Assembly: GCA_000146045.2 (NCBI GenBank)
Contig: BK006946.2
Span: 160,001 to 224,000 of the forward strand
From: TPA_inf: Saccharomyces
Lineage: Eukaryota
DNA length: 64,000 nucleotides
Reading direction: 5' to 3'
The notes beneath the pieces are model-generated. The model was not told the origin of the DNA and did no database searches. It saw only the letters and a program-made list of their open reading frames with translations. Positions within the stretch are counted from its first letter, which is position 1; each line of letters starts with the position of its first letter. Positions 10,402 to 21,473 of this stretch are shown here, piece by piece. A program made the translations under genes and the position numbers.

Positions 10402-11310
10402 ATGGTTAAGGTCTGGAATATAGTACTACGTCTGGTAGTGTTGCTGTTTTTAGCAGGTAATACCTTGCTGTTAATTTTGATGATTATATCTGGTGCCACG
10501 GACCATTACCCCGTGAACAGATTCTATTGGGTGCAGGGCAATACAACAGGCATACCTAATGCTGGGGATGAAACACGTTGGACGTTTTGGGGCGCCTGTC
10601 TACAGGATAAAGACGGGTCGGATACCTGCACAAGCAATTTGGCACCTGCATACCCCATTTCCCCAGTAGATAACTTCAACACACACATCAATGTCCCTCA
10701 CCAGTTTATTTCCAAAAGAGACGCTTTTTACTACCTGACTAGATTTTCATTTTGTTTCTTTTGGATTGCGCTTGCCTTTGTAGGTGTGTCGTTTATCCTT
10801 TACGTTTTGACTTGGTGCTCGAAGATGCTTTCAGAGATGGTGCTTATCCTCATGTCTTTTGGGTTTGTCTTCAATACGGCAGCCGTTGTCTTGCAAACGG
10901 CCGCCTCTGCCATGGCAAAGAATGCTTTCCATGACGATCATCGTAGTGCCCAATTGGGTGCCTCTATGATGGGTATGGCTTGGGCAAGTGTCTTTTTATG
11001 TATCGTGGAATTTATCCTGCTGGTCTTCTGGTCTGTTAGGGCAAGGTTGGCCTCTACTTACTCCATCGACAATTCAAGATACAGAACCTCCTCCAGATGG
11101 AATCCCTTCCATAGAGAGAAGGAGCAAGCAACTGACCCAATATTGACTGCCACTGGACCTGAAGACATGCAACAAAGTGCAAGCATAGTGGGGCCTTCTT
11201 CCAATGCTAATCCGGTCACTGCCACTGCTGCTACGGAAAACCAACCTAAAGGTATTAACTTCTTCACTATAAGAAAATCACACGAGCGCCCGGACGATGT
11301 CTCTGTTTAA
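10402..11310 (+). CDS. SUR7: Eisosome / MCC plasma-membrane tetraspan protein, 302 aa
   Basis: ORF 10345..11310 trimmed to the ATG at 10402 (MVKVWNIVLRLVVLLFLAGN...). Four predicted transmembrane segments, and the length matches SUR7. Confidence 0.85.
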   Translation: MVKVWNIVLRLVVLLFLAGNTLLLILMIISGATDHYPVNRFYWVQGNTTGIPNAGDETRWTFWGACLQDKDGSDTCTSNLAPAYPISPVDNFNTHINVPHQFISKRDAFYYLTRFSFCFFWIALAFVGVSFILYVLTWCSKMLSEMVLILMSFGFVFNTAAVVLQTAASAMAKNAFHDDHRSAQLGASMMGMAWASVFLCIVEFILLVFWSVRARLASTYSIDNSRYRTSSRWNPFHREKEQATDPILTATGPEDMQQSASIVGPSSNANPVTATAATENQPKGINFFTIRKSHERPDDVSV

Positions 11311-11421
11311 ATGGCGCAAGTTTTCCGCTTTGTAATATATATTTATACCCCTTTCTTCTCTCCCCTGCAATATAATAGTTTAATTCTAATATTAATAATA
11401 TCCTATATTTTCTTCATTTAC

Positions 11422-11438
11422 CGGCGCACTCTCGCCCG
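11422..11438 (+). promoter_or_regulatory. Gal4p-binding site UAS_GAL (CGG-N11-CCG) in the GAL80 promoter
   Basis: CGGCGCACTCTCGCCCG, an exact CGG-N11-CCG 17-mer, lies about 155 bp upstream of the GAL80 ATG. Confidence 0.75.
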
Positions 11439-11593
11439 AACGACCTCAAAATGTCTGCTACATTCATAATAACCAAAAGCTCATAACTTTTTTTTTTGAA
11501 CCTGAATATATATACATCACATATCACTGCTGGTCCTTGCCGACCAGCGTATACAATCTCGATAGTTGGTTTCCCGTTCTTTCCACTCCCGTC

Positions 11594-12901
11594 ATGGACT
11601 ACAACAAGAGATCTTCGGTCTCAACCGTGCCTAATGCAGCTCCCATAAGAGTCGGATTCGTCGGTCTCAACGCAGCCAAAGGATGGGCAATCAAGACACA
11701 TTACCCCGCCATACTGCAACTATCGTCACAATTTCAAATCACTGCCTTATACAGTCCAAAAATTGAGACTTCTATTGCCACCATTCAGCGTCTAAAATTG
11801 AGTAATGCCACTGCTTTTCCCACTTTAGAGTCATTTGCATCATCTTCCACTATAGATATGATAGTGATAGCTATCCAAGTGGCCAGCCATTATGAAGTTG
11901 TTATGCCTCTCTTGGAATTCTCCAAAAATAATCCGAACCTCAAGTATCTTTTCGTAGAATGGGCCCTTGCATGTTCACTAGATCAAGCCGAATCCATTTA
12001 TAAGGCTGCTGCTGAACGTGGGGTTCAAACCATCATCTCTTTACAAGGTCGTAAATCACCATATATTTTGAGAGCAAAAGAATTAATATCTCAAGGCTAT
12101 ATCGGCGACATTAATTCGATCGAGATTGCTGGAAATGGCGGTTGGTACGGCTACGAAAGGCCTGTTAAATCACCAAAATACATCTATGAAATCGGGAACG
12201 GTGTAGATCTGGTAACCACAACATTTGGTCACACAATCGATATTTTACAATACATGACAAGTTCGTACTTTTCCAGGATAAATGCAATGGTTTTCAATAA
12301 TATTCCAGAGCAAGAGCTGATAGATGAGCGTGGTAACCGATTGGGCCAGCGAGTCCCAAAGACAGTACCGGATCATCTTTTATTCCAAGGCACATTGTTA
12401 AATGGCAATGTTCCAGTGTCATGCAGTTTCAAAGGTGGCAAACCTACCAAAAAATTTACCAAAAATTTGGTCATTGACATTCACGGTACCAAGGGAGATT
12501 TGAAACTTGAAGGCGATGCCGGCTTCGCAGAAATTTCAAATCTGGTCCTTTACTACAGTGGAACTAGAGCAAACGACTTCCCGCTAGCCAATGGACAACA
12601 AGCTCCTTTAGACCCGGGGTATGATGCAGGTAAAGAAATCATGGAAGTATATCATTTACGAAATTATAATGCCATTGTGGGTAATATTCATCGACTGTAT
12701 CAATCTATCTCTGACTTCCACTTCAATACAAAGAAAATTCCTGAATTACCCTCACAATTTGTAATGCAAGGTTTCGATTTCGAAGGCTTTCCCACCTTGA
12801 TGGATGCTCTGATATTACACAGGTTAATCGAGAGCGTTTATAAAAGTAACATGATGGGCTCCACATTAAACGTTAGCAATATCTCGCATTATAGTTTATA
12901 A
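11594..12901 (+). CDS. GAL80: Gal80p, transcriptional repressor of GAL genes, 435 aa
   Basis: ORF 11537..12901 trimmed to the ATG at 11594 (MDYNKRSSVSTVPNAAPIRVGFVGLNAAKGW...). Gfo/Idh/MocA-like NAD-binding fold, and the length matches. Confidence 0.92.
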   Translation: MDYNKRSSVSTVPNAAPIRVGFVGLNAAKGWAIKTHYPAILQLSSQFQITALYSPKIETSIATIQRLKLSNATAFPTLESFASSSTIDMIVIAIQVASHYEVVMPLLEFSKNNPNLKYLFVEWALACSLDQAESIYKAAAERGVQTIISLQGRKSPYILRAKELISQGYIGDINSIEIAGNGGWYGYERPVKSPKYIYEIGNGVDLVTTTFGHTIDILQYMTSSYFSRINAMVFNNIPEQELIDERGNRLGQRVPKTVPDHLLFQGTLLNGNVPVSCSFKGGKPTKKFTKNLVIDIHGTKGDLKLEGDAGFAEISNLVLYYSGTRANDFPLANGQQAPLDPGYDAGKEIMEVYHLRNYNAIVGNIHRLYQSISDFHFNTKKIPELPSQFVMQGFDFEGFPTLMDALILHRLIESVYKSNMMGSTLNVSNISHYSL

Positions 12902-13138
12902 AAGCATCTTGCCCTGTGCTTGGCCCCCAGTGCAGCGAACGTTATAAAAACGAATACTGAGTATATATCTATGTAAAACAACCATATCATTTCTTGTTCT
13001 GAACTTTGTTTACCTAACTAGTTTTAAATTTCCCTTTTTCGTGCATGCGGGTGTTCTTATTTATTAGCATACTACATTTGAAATATCAAATTTCCTTAGT
13101 AGAAAAGTGAGAGAAGGTGCACTGACACAAAAAATAAA

Positions 13139-14074
13139 ATGCTACGTATAACTGTCAAAACTTTGCAGCAGCGGGCATCCTTCCATCATAGCTTCAAACA
13201 TATTAGCGTTCCTGATCTTCATACCCGTGCTCAAAATGATCAAACAAACTGTTATTGCCAAGAAATAAACGCAAGGCTGCCTTCAAAAACTGATCCATTA
13301 GATCCTCATATCAAGCTTCCTCATAGAACGCCCAATTACAATAAGCATGTTTTGCTGTTATCACCGGGTGATAGGTTTGCTCAACCATGGAAGGTAGCAT
13401 GGAATCATAATTTGGATACTAATACAAATCGGCCATATAATGCCATTAGTAAATTGCGCTCCCATTTAGGTGGTTCTCCAGGAATACTAATAAATGCGGT
13501 GCATTTGCAAAATGAATTTATTCCAAGGCCAAAACAACACGATGAATGGCTTTATTTTTTTGTTATTCCTGACATGAAGCTTTATGTAATTAAGGAAACG
13601 GACATCGAGGAATTTGCATCTTTTTTAGATGAAGGAGCTATTCAAGCACCAAAGCTATCCTTCCAGGATTATTTAAGCGGTAAGGCCAAGGCTTCCCAAC
13701 AGGTTCATGAAGTGCATCATAGAAAGCTTACAAGGTTTCAGGGTGAAACTTTTCTAAGAGATTGGAACTTAGTCTGTGGGCATTATAAGAGAGATGCTAA
13801 GTGTGGAGAAATGGGACCCGACATAATTGCAGCATTTCAAGATGAAAAGCTTTTTCCTGAGAATAATCTAGCCTTAATTTCTCATATTGGGGGTCATATT
13901 TTTGCTGGTAATGTCATTTTCTATAAACTATTCGGCAGAGAAAAGATGCAAAACAAGCTGGATTCATTATGGTTTGGTAAAGTTTACCCACACAACTTGA
14001 AGCTGTTATGTGAAAACTTGGAAAACGGTAAAATCATCGACGAAATGTACAGAGGTGGCATATCGATGAATTAA
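13139..14074 (+). CDS. AIM32: Mitochondrial thioredoxin-like [2Fe-2S] ferredoxin family protein, 311 aa
   Basis: Complete 311-aa ORF with an ATG at 13139. Position between GAL80 and RSE1 matches YML050W. Confidence 0.8.
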   Translation: MLRITVKTLQQRASFHHSFKHISVPDLHTRAQNDQTNCYCQEINARLPSKTDPLDPHIKLPHRTPNYNKHVLLLSPGDRFAQPWKVAWNHNLDTNTNRPYNAISKLRSHLGGSPGILINAVHLQNEFIPRPKQHDEWLYFFVIPDMKLYVIKETDIEEFASFLDEGAIQAPKLSFQDYLSGKAKASQQVHEVHHRKLTRFQGETFLRDWNLVCGHYKRDAKCGEMGPDIIAAFQDEKLFPENNLALISHIGGHIFAGNVIFYKLFGREKMQNKLDSLWFGKVYPHNLKLLCENLENGKIIDEMYRGGISMN

Positions 14075-14219
14075 AACGGTTTCCTTTTAAAACAGAAATA
14101 AAGATGAGGTGAAATTTTATATTTCTTATATTTAAAGCTATCATATATTCCTTGTACATATATTTATTAAGAAAATACATTAACACGCCTTTATACTTGG
14201 TATTATTACTGTAAAATCA

Positions 14220-17200
14220 TTACATGTAATTTGTTCTGACTTCGTTGATTGTTTGAATTATATCCTCCACTTGTACACTCTTTAAATTTTTGGCCAAAAA
14301 TTCCTGCTCATTCAAGGAAAGTCTCAGGAAATTTTCACATAAATCACCATCAATAACTTTACGTACAGGGGCATAATAGCTTCTGTATTCTTGGTGGTCT
14401 CTACCTAAAATGGAACAGGAACCCTCACATATTATTTCATCCTCTATACCATGCCGTCCTTGTAACACAACACTTCCAGATTCCTCTTCATCGTCTTCCT
14501 TACGCATATTGTTATTCTTCTTTCTTGATTCATAATCTAAATAAAACGTATCATCCGCCTCAGCCATTATATTCTCAATGTTTCCCATCATAAAAACATT
14601 CCCCTTGGATAATAAGGGGATAAAGCATCCCACGGTTCCTTGTAAGCCCATATAGATACAACCAGGTCTATCAGAATTTGAAAGGCTGTCCAGGATATGG
14701 AAATCAGTGATGATATCATTAACAAAGAAGTGGTTCAGTAGTTGAAACTTGAACTTGCAATCATAAGTATTGGGTAATTTCTGCTGTAAAGTGATGACGT
14801 CTAGTGGGTACTTGATGGCCCCATTAGATAATTCGCTGGGATCATGATTTGACATGATTTTTTCGCACTCTGGTGGAGACCTTAAAGTCCACGCATTTCC
14901 ATATCTATCAGCGCCTATAACAGTTGCCTCATCTAGAAATTTCAATACCGTCACATGGCGTTTTACAGAGTCATCTACGTACGGAATAAATACATTCCCC
15001 GCAGGATCCCAGATAAATAAAGTGACAGATTCATGTATATCACCAACGGCCAGTCTTTCATAATTCCACTGGTGCATAGACACAATTTTTGTTATGGATA
15101 CCGGGGTCTGTGTTACGGACCTTCTTAATAATTGCTTTTTCCCCAAACCATAAAGGACAATAGTGGAGCCCATGGCTGTCAGCAAGAAGTTTTTAAACTT
15201 CAACATAGCATGTATTGGTGAAATGATTTCTGTTTGGTGAAGTAATTCAATATCAAAAGATAGTTTATCTTTGTTAACTAATATCTTGTATGTTAACAGC
15301 CTTTTGTCGCCAGCACAAATGATCAAATGATCAGCTTGTCTTGTGAAATCTATTATAGCAGCGGAAACGCAATCGATATCGTCCAGTATCTTGTATAAAT
15401 GATCCGAACTGCCAAACTTTAAGCATTCACCATCAATTTGCAGTGATATACGGCATTGTTTCTTACCACTGTGATTATCAATAAACAAAATGCTTTTCGG
15501 ATTATTGGGAAATGATAAAATAGTACGAGGTCGGAATGTAGATATTTGTAACATTTCCATTTCTTCTTCCATTTCATCTTCTTCCTCTTCATTGCTTTCA
15601 TCTCCTCCACCGTTCTCTTGCTTGTTAACACTTGATTCATGAACGTGAAACCAGTTATCCAAAGTTGGAAAGTTGGAAACTCTGCCAATATTTAAGCGTC
15701 CTGAGCTCGATATTGAACAAACACCGTTGATTGCAACATCTGCGTTAACAAATTTGGAACAACTTAGCATGTTTTGATCCTTTAACTGCCGTATGGTCCA
15801 CACATTTTTCCACGTGTAGCTTACCCATGTAGAAGAGGAATGGCAAACCACGCATGACATCCATTTAGCTCCACTACTATTTATTTCTTCTTCTTCTTTT
15901 TCATCATCATCGTCTTCTTCTTCTTCTTCTTCTTCCTCATTATTTAGTGATACAGATATCTCACGCAAATACGAAAGGGAAACAGGCTTCAAGCCAAGGA
16001 ATCGCCTTTTTATGTCAGTGAACGATCCGTCAACATCCCCTATATGAAATTTCATGTAAACGCCATTTTCTAAACCTACATGCAAATTAAGCTGTCCTAT
16101 TGAGGAATCTCTAACCATTATCATGTCAGAAATCTTTTCACTAACTAATTGCAAACTTATTACAGTTAAAAAATCTTCCTTTTGGTCTTTAAGAGACATT
16201 ATTTTGATCATACCCTCATTGTCAGCAATGGCTAATAAATCAGCATGCTGCGTATCTTGCACAATCGCAACTTTAGAGGGCATTGTGTCCAATTCTGGGT
16301 GGGTGGTTAATTCGATTAACGAATCCGAAGATACATCTATCTTGAAATAAACCAATTCGTAATTTGATAATGATATAATTAGTTGTGTTTTCGAGGACGT
16401 GGCACATACAATACGAATTCCCGCTGGTGGCACCCAAGTCAGCTTATTAGAATACCTAGATTTACCAGTCGGTACGATATGTCTTAGTTCTGCGGTGCAT
16501 ACTTGGATAATAGAGTGTGAGCCCATTAGGCATGTATGAATTGTTGTGTCCTGAGAGAGCTTGAAAGCTGAACGCGTTGCTTCATCCGGTGTTAGTTCCT
16601 CCATGGACTCGTTGTCAATTTGTAGTATCATAGTTTTCTTGGGAAAAGTTATGAACAAAAGAGTATTGTTATCGCCGGTTGTTGCAGGATCGGGTATTAG
16701 CCATAACTTGGTTGCGTTCGGGGGTAAACTAGTAGATATCAAATTAGAGTAATTCACAGCATTTGTTAAAGTTATTATCTTGTTGTTTGTAAAATGTTTA
16801 GTGGCGATAGACAGTGGCGAATCACTGACAATTTGAGATTTTATTGAAGGGTTCAAATTCAATTGTTGCGATAATATGCTCAAATTCTGCAACTTTATGG
16901 ATGGTTCGAAAACTAGCGACTTATTTGGATCTTTTGAGGTTAAAACATTAGAAAAATCATTTTTCTCTACACCAAGTTTCTCAAACTGGAAAAGAAAGTT
17001 GTTATTCATTTCAGATAGTGCAAAAAGATAACCGTTTTTGAAAATGTGTAATTGGTGTGAATTTTGGATTGTATCAAAGTAGGACAATTGAACTAAAGGT
17101 CTATTTCTATCATTAGTGTCTGGACTTACAGTTAACTTAAAAAGATCGCCATGGTTAGATTGTAAAAGTACGAAAAAATCATTTTTCAATTTCTGCACTA

Positions 17201-18305
17201 TGCCTGATATGATTGTTACATTTTTATGACGGCTATTTGTGATAGATCTTTTGGGTATTTCCACTTTCAGGCTGAAAAATCCGTTCATATCCTTTACCAG
17301 AATATGATTTTCGAAGCCTATGACAACAAAAGGGTTGAAAAGGGTATCATAGTCAGCATCATAGTTGTTGTCGCTTAGCGAAGTTGTTATATTATATCGC
17401 GATAGATCTGGCAAACTCAGTACGAAATTGGCAGATGGGTTAACTAAATAATCTGCCTTCTTGACGATGTGATTCAAACCCAACTCGAGGACATAAAATA
17501 TCAAGTGTACTGATAGTTGAGTAGCGGCATTGTCGATTTCTAAGGTAACAAAACATGGATTATTGAAATTTACATCAACAACTGCCATATCCAGCGTTAC
17601 CATATGGGGTCTGATGATTTCCAATGGAGACGAAATCCTCAATTTTTGAGCATAATCAACGAGGAAACACAATTTATTTTGTTCGACAGATGAGAGAATG
17701 ATACAACGCCCATTAGGGTCAATTTCCATGTATGATATGGGAGAGACTCTTCGAAGGGTGGTCCTCGTCAATGGCTGGTTCACTAAAGTCTTAAGTCTAA
17801 GAGCACCTGCATGCATAATGATTTGCACGATACTTAGGTTACCAGAATCGGAAGTTAGCGCTAGAAAAGTGGGCCAGTTGGAAGCTTTTGCCCTTGACCC
17901 TGAATGCGGCAGATCCAGCGACTTCATCGAGGTTATCGTCGCAAACAGGTTTTGAAACTTGGCAATAAGCTTTAGTTCCCCATCTGCAGTATCATAAAGT
18001 TCTAAATGCGTCTCAGTAGCTACGCACAATTGCGACTGCTCACGCTTGGACCCTGCTTCCAGATCGACGAAGTGTCCGATGCAGGAGTGCACGAAATTCG
18101 TCTGTTTCTTTAAAGTAAGATGGTACAAGTATAGCTCATCATCTTTAGCAACCATTGTTATGTTATGGTCACTCCTTGTTCTTCTTTCAGCCTCTCGTTT
18201 TAAACCGTCATAAGCCATCGTTGTGCTAGCTTGCCCAAATAGTTTACGCATCTTCGCCGTGTGGGGCGACAAGCTTACTACTGCCATTTTGCCACCTCCC
18301 CACAT
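14220..18305 (-). CDS. RSE1: U2 snRNP SF3b complex subunit (SF3B3/SAP130 homolog), 1361 aa
   Basis: 1361-aa ORF with the ATG verified at 18305. WD/beta-propeller-rich CPSF_A/DDB1-like architecture and an internal acidic E/D tract. Confidence 0.9.
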   Translation of the reverse strand: MWGGGKMAVVSLSPHTAKMRKLFGQASTTMAYDGLKREAERRTRSDHNITMVAKDDELYLYHLTLKKQTNFVHSCIGHFVDLEAGSKREQSQLCVATETHLELYDTADGELKLIAKFQNLFATITSMKSLDLPHSGSRAKASNWPTFLALTSDSGNLSIVQIIMHAGALRLKTLVNQPLTRTTLRRVSPISYMEIDPNGRCIILSSVEQNKLCFLVDYAQKLRISSPLEIIRPHMVTLDMAVVDVNFNNPCFVTLEIDNAATQLSVHLIFYVLELGLNHIVKKADYLVNPSANFVLSLPDLSRYNITTSLSDNNYDADYDTLFNPFVVIGFENHILVKDMNGFFSLKVEIPKRSITNSRHKNVTIISGIVQKLKNDFFVLLQSNHGDLFKLTVSPDTNDRNRPLVQLSYFDTIQNSHQLHIFKNGYLFALSEMNNNFLFQFEKLGVEKNDFSNVLTSKDPNKSLVFEPSIKLQNLSILSQQLNLNPSIKSQIVSDSPLSIATKHFTNNKIITLTNAVNYSNLISTSLPPNATKLWLIPDPATTGDNNTLLFITFPKKTMILQIDNESMEELTPDEATRSAFKLSQDTTIHTCLMGSHSIIQVCTAELRHIVPTGKSRYSNKLTWVPPAGIRIVCATSSKTQLIISLSNYELVYFKIDVSSDSLIELTTHPELDTMPSKVAIVQDTQHADLLAIADNEGMIKIMSLKDQKEDFLTVISLQLVSEKISDMIMVRDSSIGQLNLHVGLENGVYMKFHIGDVDGSFTDIKRRFLGLKPVSLSYLREISVSLNNEEEEEEEEDDDDEKEEEEINSSGAKWMSCVVCHSSSTWVSYTWKNVWTIRQLKDQNMLSCSKFVNADVAINGVCSISSSGRLNIGRVSNFPTLDNWFHVHESSVNKQENGGGDESNEEEEDEMEEEMEMLQISTFRPRTILSFPNNPKSILFIDNHSGKKQCRISLQIDGECLKFGSSDHLYKILDDIDCVSAAIIDFTRQADHLIICAGDKRLLTYKILVNKDKLSFDIELLHQTEIISPIHAMLKFKNFLLTAMGSTIVLYGLGKKQLLRRSVTQTPVSITKIVSMHQWNYERLAVGDIHESVTLFIWDPAGNVFIPYVDDSVKRHVTVLKFLDEATVIGADRYGNAWTLRSPPECEKIMSNHDPSELSNGAIKYPLDVITLQQKLPNTYDCKFKFQLLNHFFVNDIITDFHILDSLSNSDRPGCIYMGLQGTVGCFIPLLSKGNVFMMGNIENIMAEADDTFYLDYESRKKNNNMRKEDDEEESGSVVLQGRHGIEDEIICEGSCSILGRDHQEYRSYYAPVRKVIDGDLCENFLRLSLNEQEFLAKNLKSVQVEDIIQTINEVRTNYM

Positions 18306-18425
18306 TTAATGATGGAAAATATTATAAAAAAGCGAGAAAAGAAGCTAATGGTGCCATTGTTTTCCTTTTTAGAGAGGGGCAGCAGAGATCGGTGGACTTT
18401 GTTTTGATAGAGGGCGATTGCAAGC

Positions 18426-19637
18426 ATGGAGATTTACATTAGACTTAACGCAGATGTCGAGCACGACTATGCGTTTCAGGTGTCAAATGAAGACACCATA
18501 AATAACAAAATTAAGAAGATTTTCCCTTCCAAGACGGGTTTGGCGGACTTAATGGTGCTGAGACCATCAATTTTCCATGAGAAGGAGCCCGTAAAGTTCT
18601 ATAAGTCTATCCATCCAGGGTACCTGTCCGAAGGTGGTTGTTTGATGTTCCATTATGAAGCTGATAACGAAGAAAATCTCGAGGAGTTGAATGACTCCAA
18701 GCCGCTTATTGACCAGTTGTGGCCTGGTCAGCTAGTTGTTCCGGAGTGGAAGCTATCCAAGAAAAACATATGGGTATACACCATTATTATGTTGGCCTGG
18801 CTATATACCGATTTGCCCGACGCCATTTCTCCAACCCCAGGTATTTGTTTGACTAATCAATTGTCTAGACTATTGATTCCTGTAGCCAAGCACATGGATT
18901 TACCTGAAATTGCCGCTAAACTCGAACAAGAAGTTCAGGCAAACTATTCTAGTCTCGTAGCTCAATGGCTTTTCTTTGTCATGCACATTTTCAAAGTGGG
19001 CATAATTACTTTATTCCTCAAATTAGGCATTGCCAACCCCATCAGCTTCAATCCTTACAAGTTATGGAGTTTGAGAGATTTAACTTCTCCTTCTGCTAAC
19101 GGCGCTAAGAATTCTGGCGGCAATAACAACACTACTGACTTAAAGACACGTTTGCGCTCTCTGGGCTGGATTGGTGCTAAGAGAGCTACTTACGACGATT
19201 ACCAGACTAACTATTACAACTATGTCATAGATAAGATGGGTGGTGCAGTTGCTGCTTATAGAGCGGGCGCGATTAGGAAAGCTGCAGCACCAGGTATCCA
19301 ACTTGTGGCTGGAGAGGGTTTCCAAAGTCCTCTAGAAGATAGGTTCACTGCTTCCACTTTCACGGCTATTAAAACCGAACGGAAATTCATTTTAAGTGAA
19401 GAATACTTTGTGGAGCTGGAAAACAATCTAAAGAAGATCTTGGAAGAGTATGACGGGGATATTGGTAAGATGAATGCTGAAATTAGGAGGTTTAGAAGGT
19501 TTGGTATTTATGAACCAGATGAAAAACTGGCCTCGCTAGTTAAGCTCAGAAGAGAAATTGCTGATGAGAAAGAGAAAGCATCAAACAATGATGCTACTTT
19601 TGGTATAAAAAAGAATGATTTGAAAAAATCTAATTAA
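18426..19637 (+). CDS. GSF2: ER membrane protein required for hexose-transporter secretion, 403 aa
   Basis: 403-aa ORF with an ATG at 18426. Position and length match YML048W. Confidence 0.8.
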   Translation: MEIYIRLNADVEHDYAFQVSNEDTINNKIKKIFPSKTGLADLMVLRPSIFHEKEPVKFYKSIHPGYLSEGGCLMFHYEADNEENLEELNDSKPLIDQLWPGQLVVPEWKLSKKNIWVYTIIMLAWLYTDLPDAISPTPGICLTNQLSRLLIPVAKHMDLPEIAAKLEQEVQANYSSLVAQWLFFVMHIFKVGIITLFLKLGIANPISFNPYKLWSLRDLTSPSANGAKNSGGNNNTTDLKTRLRSLGWIGAKRATYDDYQTNYYNYVIDKMGGAVAAYRAGAIRKAAAPGIQLVAGEGFQSPLEDRFTASTFTAIKTERKFILSEEYFVELENNLKKILEEYDGDIGKMNAEIRRFRRFGIYEPDEKLASLVKLRREIADEKEKASNNDATFGIKKNDLKKSN

Positions 19638-20016
19638 TTGTAAAACCAAAACACTACCATCCAGACTTTTTTTTTATTCAACCATAGCCTTTAACTACTA
19701 CTACTACTACTAGTACTACTACTATTACTATTACTATTACTACTACTAGAGGGCCTTTTTTTACTCCTAGTATTTTTGTACTATCCTATTTACTCTCGTT
19801 GTTTTTATTAGTTTTTTCACTCTTTTTTTCAATTCCTCACGAATCTACTGTTTTCGTAGTGCTTTTTTTTGTTTCATTGTTTATAGCCATCAATGGTTTT
19901 TGTTACTATCATTATCATTATAAATATTTCATACAATATATACAATATATATACAATAAATGAGAATCGATTTACTTTTAATGCATTTTTGCAGTCAAAA
20001 AAAGCTTCGTTTACAT

Positions 20017-21075
20017 TTATATGTATTTATGTTTGTATTTCTGGGGGAAATATGCCTTTATGGGCGTATATACTCTTTCGTACGTTTCTACATCCGAGTA
20101 GCAGTAGTAACTCGGTATTGTGCTTTCGTCGCCATAATCAGGACTATCATAATCGAATTTTTTTTGCGTTTTGTTGTCACCACATATGGTCCCTTCTTCC
20201 TCATCATCTATCAATATTCCCAATTCGTAGACAGTTCTACTTAAATTCTCGTCAATGACTTTAGACACATACTTTCGTAGTTTCAATTCATACCCCTTAA
20301 CCTTCCTTTTACTAGACAAAAATCTCGGACGTATAAAAATGATGAATATTATTATGCTTAGAATTAATTTGCTTATTAAAATTACCCATATGATAAACGA
20401 GAACAACATGAAGGACAAGATCACACTTTCTTCGTAATTTGTCTTAGCAATATGTTTTATCTTGTTTATTATTCCATTTAGGTCATCTAAATTACCTAGG
20501 CTTTGAGTACTATGGGTTCCGCTACTGGTCTCATTCGAAACTGTCAGTAAAACTGACCACAAAGTTAATCCGTTGATTATTTGCCTTGGAGAGTCACCGA
20601 ACAATAGCCTCAAACATCCACTGATTTCAAAATATGAAAAGAATAACCACTTACTGAATTTTTTCTCATCAGTCAGCACTATTAGTTCGAAAATTTGATA
20701 CTTTTTGAAATTGAACAAGCAATTTATTAATCTGCTAATGCCATTCATGTAGTTCGATGTAATCTCTTTCTTCCTATACACTCTCAATCCAATTACCAAC
20801 TCCCAAATTAATATTAATGAGGAGCATAATATGCATCCGCTAAACAACCATTTTGAAATACGGAATTCCAAGAATGGTTGGATGATATTGTTCGACCATG
20901 TGTTAAATGCCAGTAATTTAATACACGTGTATATATCAGAAAAAAACATGGCCACATGTAGTATCGACTGACACCAGGTGTATAGAATATACTGTAATTT
21001 TGTGGTCCACTTCGCAGTAGGAATAAGATTTATGTCAATATCCTGGAATTTCAATTTTTGTAAACTTGATTCCAT
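20017..21075 (-). CDS. PRM6: Pheromone-regulated membrane protein, 352 aa
   Basis: 352-aa ORF with an ATG at 21075 (MESSLQKLKF...). Multi-pass membrane protein. A PRE motif lies upstream. Confidence 0.8.
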   Translation of the reverse strand: MESSLQKLKFQDIDINLIPTAKWTTKLQYILYTWCQSILHVAMFFSDIYTCIKLLAFNTWSNNIIQPFLEFRISKWLFSGCILCSSLILIWELVIGLRVYRKKEITSNYMNGISRLINCLFNFKKYQIFELIVLTDEKKFSKWLFFSYFEISGCLRLLFGDSPRQIINGLTLWSVLLTVSNETSSGTHSTQSLGNLDDLNGIINKIKHIAKTNYEESVILSFMLFSFIIWVILISKLILSIIIFIIFIRPRFLSSKRKVKGYELKLRKYVSKVIDENLSRTVYELGILIDDEEEGTICGDNKTQKKFDYDSPDYGDESTIPSYYCYSDVETYERVYTPIKAYFPQKYKHKYI

Positions 21076-21473
21076 TATTTAGCGCTTTGTTGTCATTTTC
21101 CTTTCCCTCTTAGACAATGTGGTAAAAAATGCCAGCTCCAGGGCTTTCAATTAATCCATTATTGATTTTTAATCTGGAGGTTTGAGCATGGCTGAATAAT
21201 TTATATACAAATATCTTTTTTTATTGTTTCAGATCATTCGTTTTCAGTATGATTTACTATCATTCATTTTCTTTTTCTTTACCATTTTACGTCGCCGTCG
21301 CACATCTTAAAACAAATTTAATACAGAGTTGAAAGTTTCAGACTTAAACAGAATTTACGCAAGAAAGTTTTCAAAGTCCTAAAGTAAAAACGCGCCTTCC
21401 ACAGCCATTTCTTTGTTCAACAAAAAGTTTTGGCCCTTACTGCTATTGGATACTTGGCAATCCGTCTTTCGTT

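Noticed and set aside
19893-20258. Two overlapping plus-strand ORFs (121 and 94 aa) in the GSF2-PRM6 convergent 3' region
   Set aside because: AT-rich 3' UTR or terminator sequence overlapping the PRM6 3' end. No coding signature.
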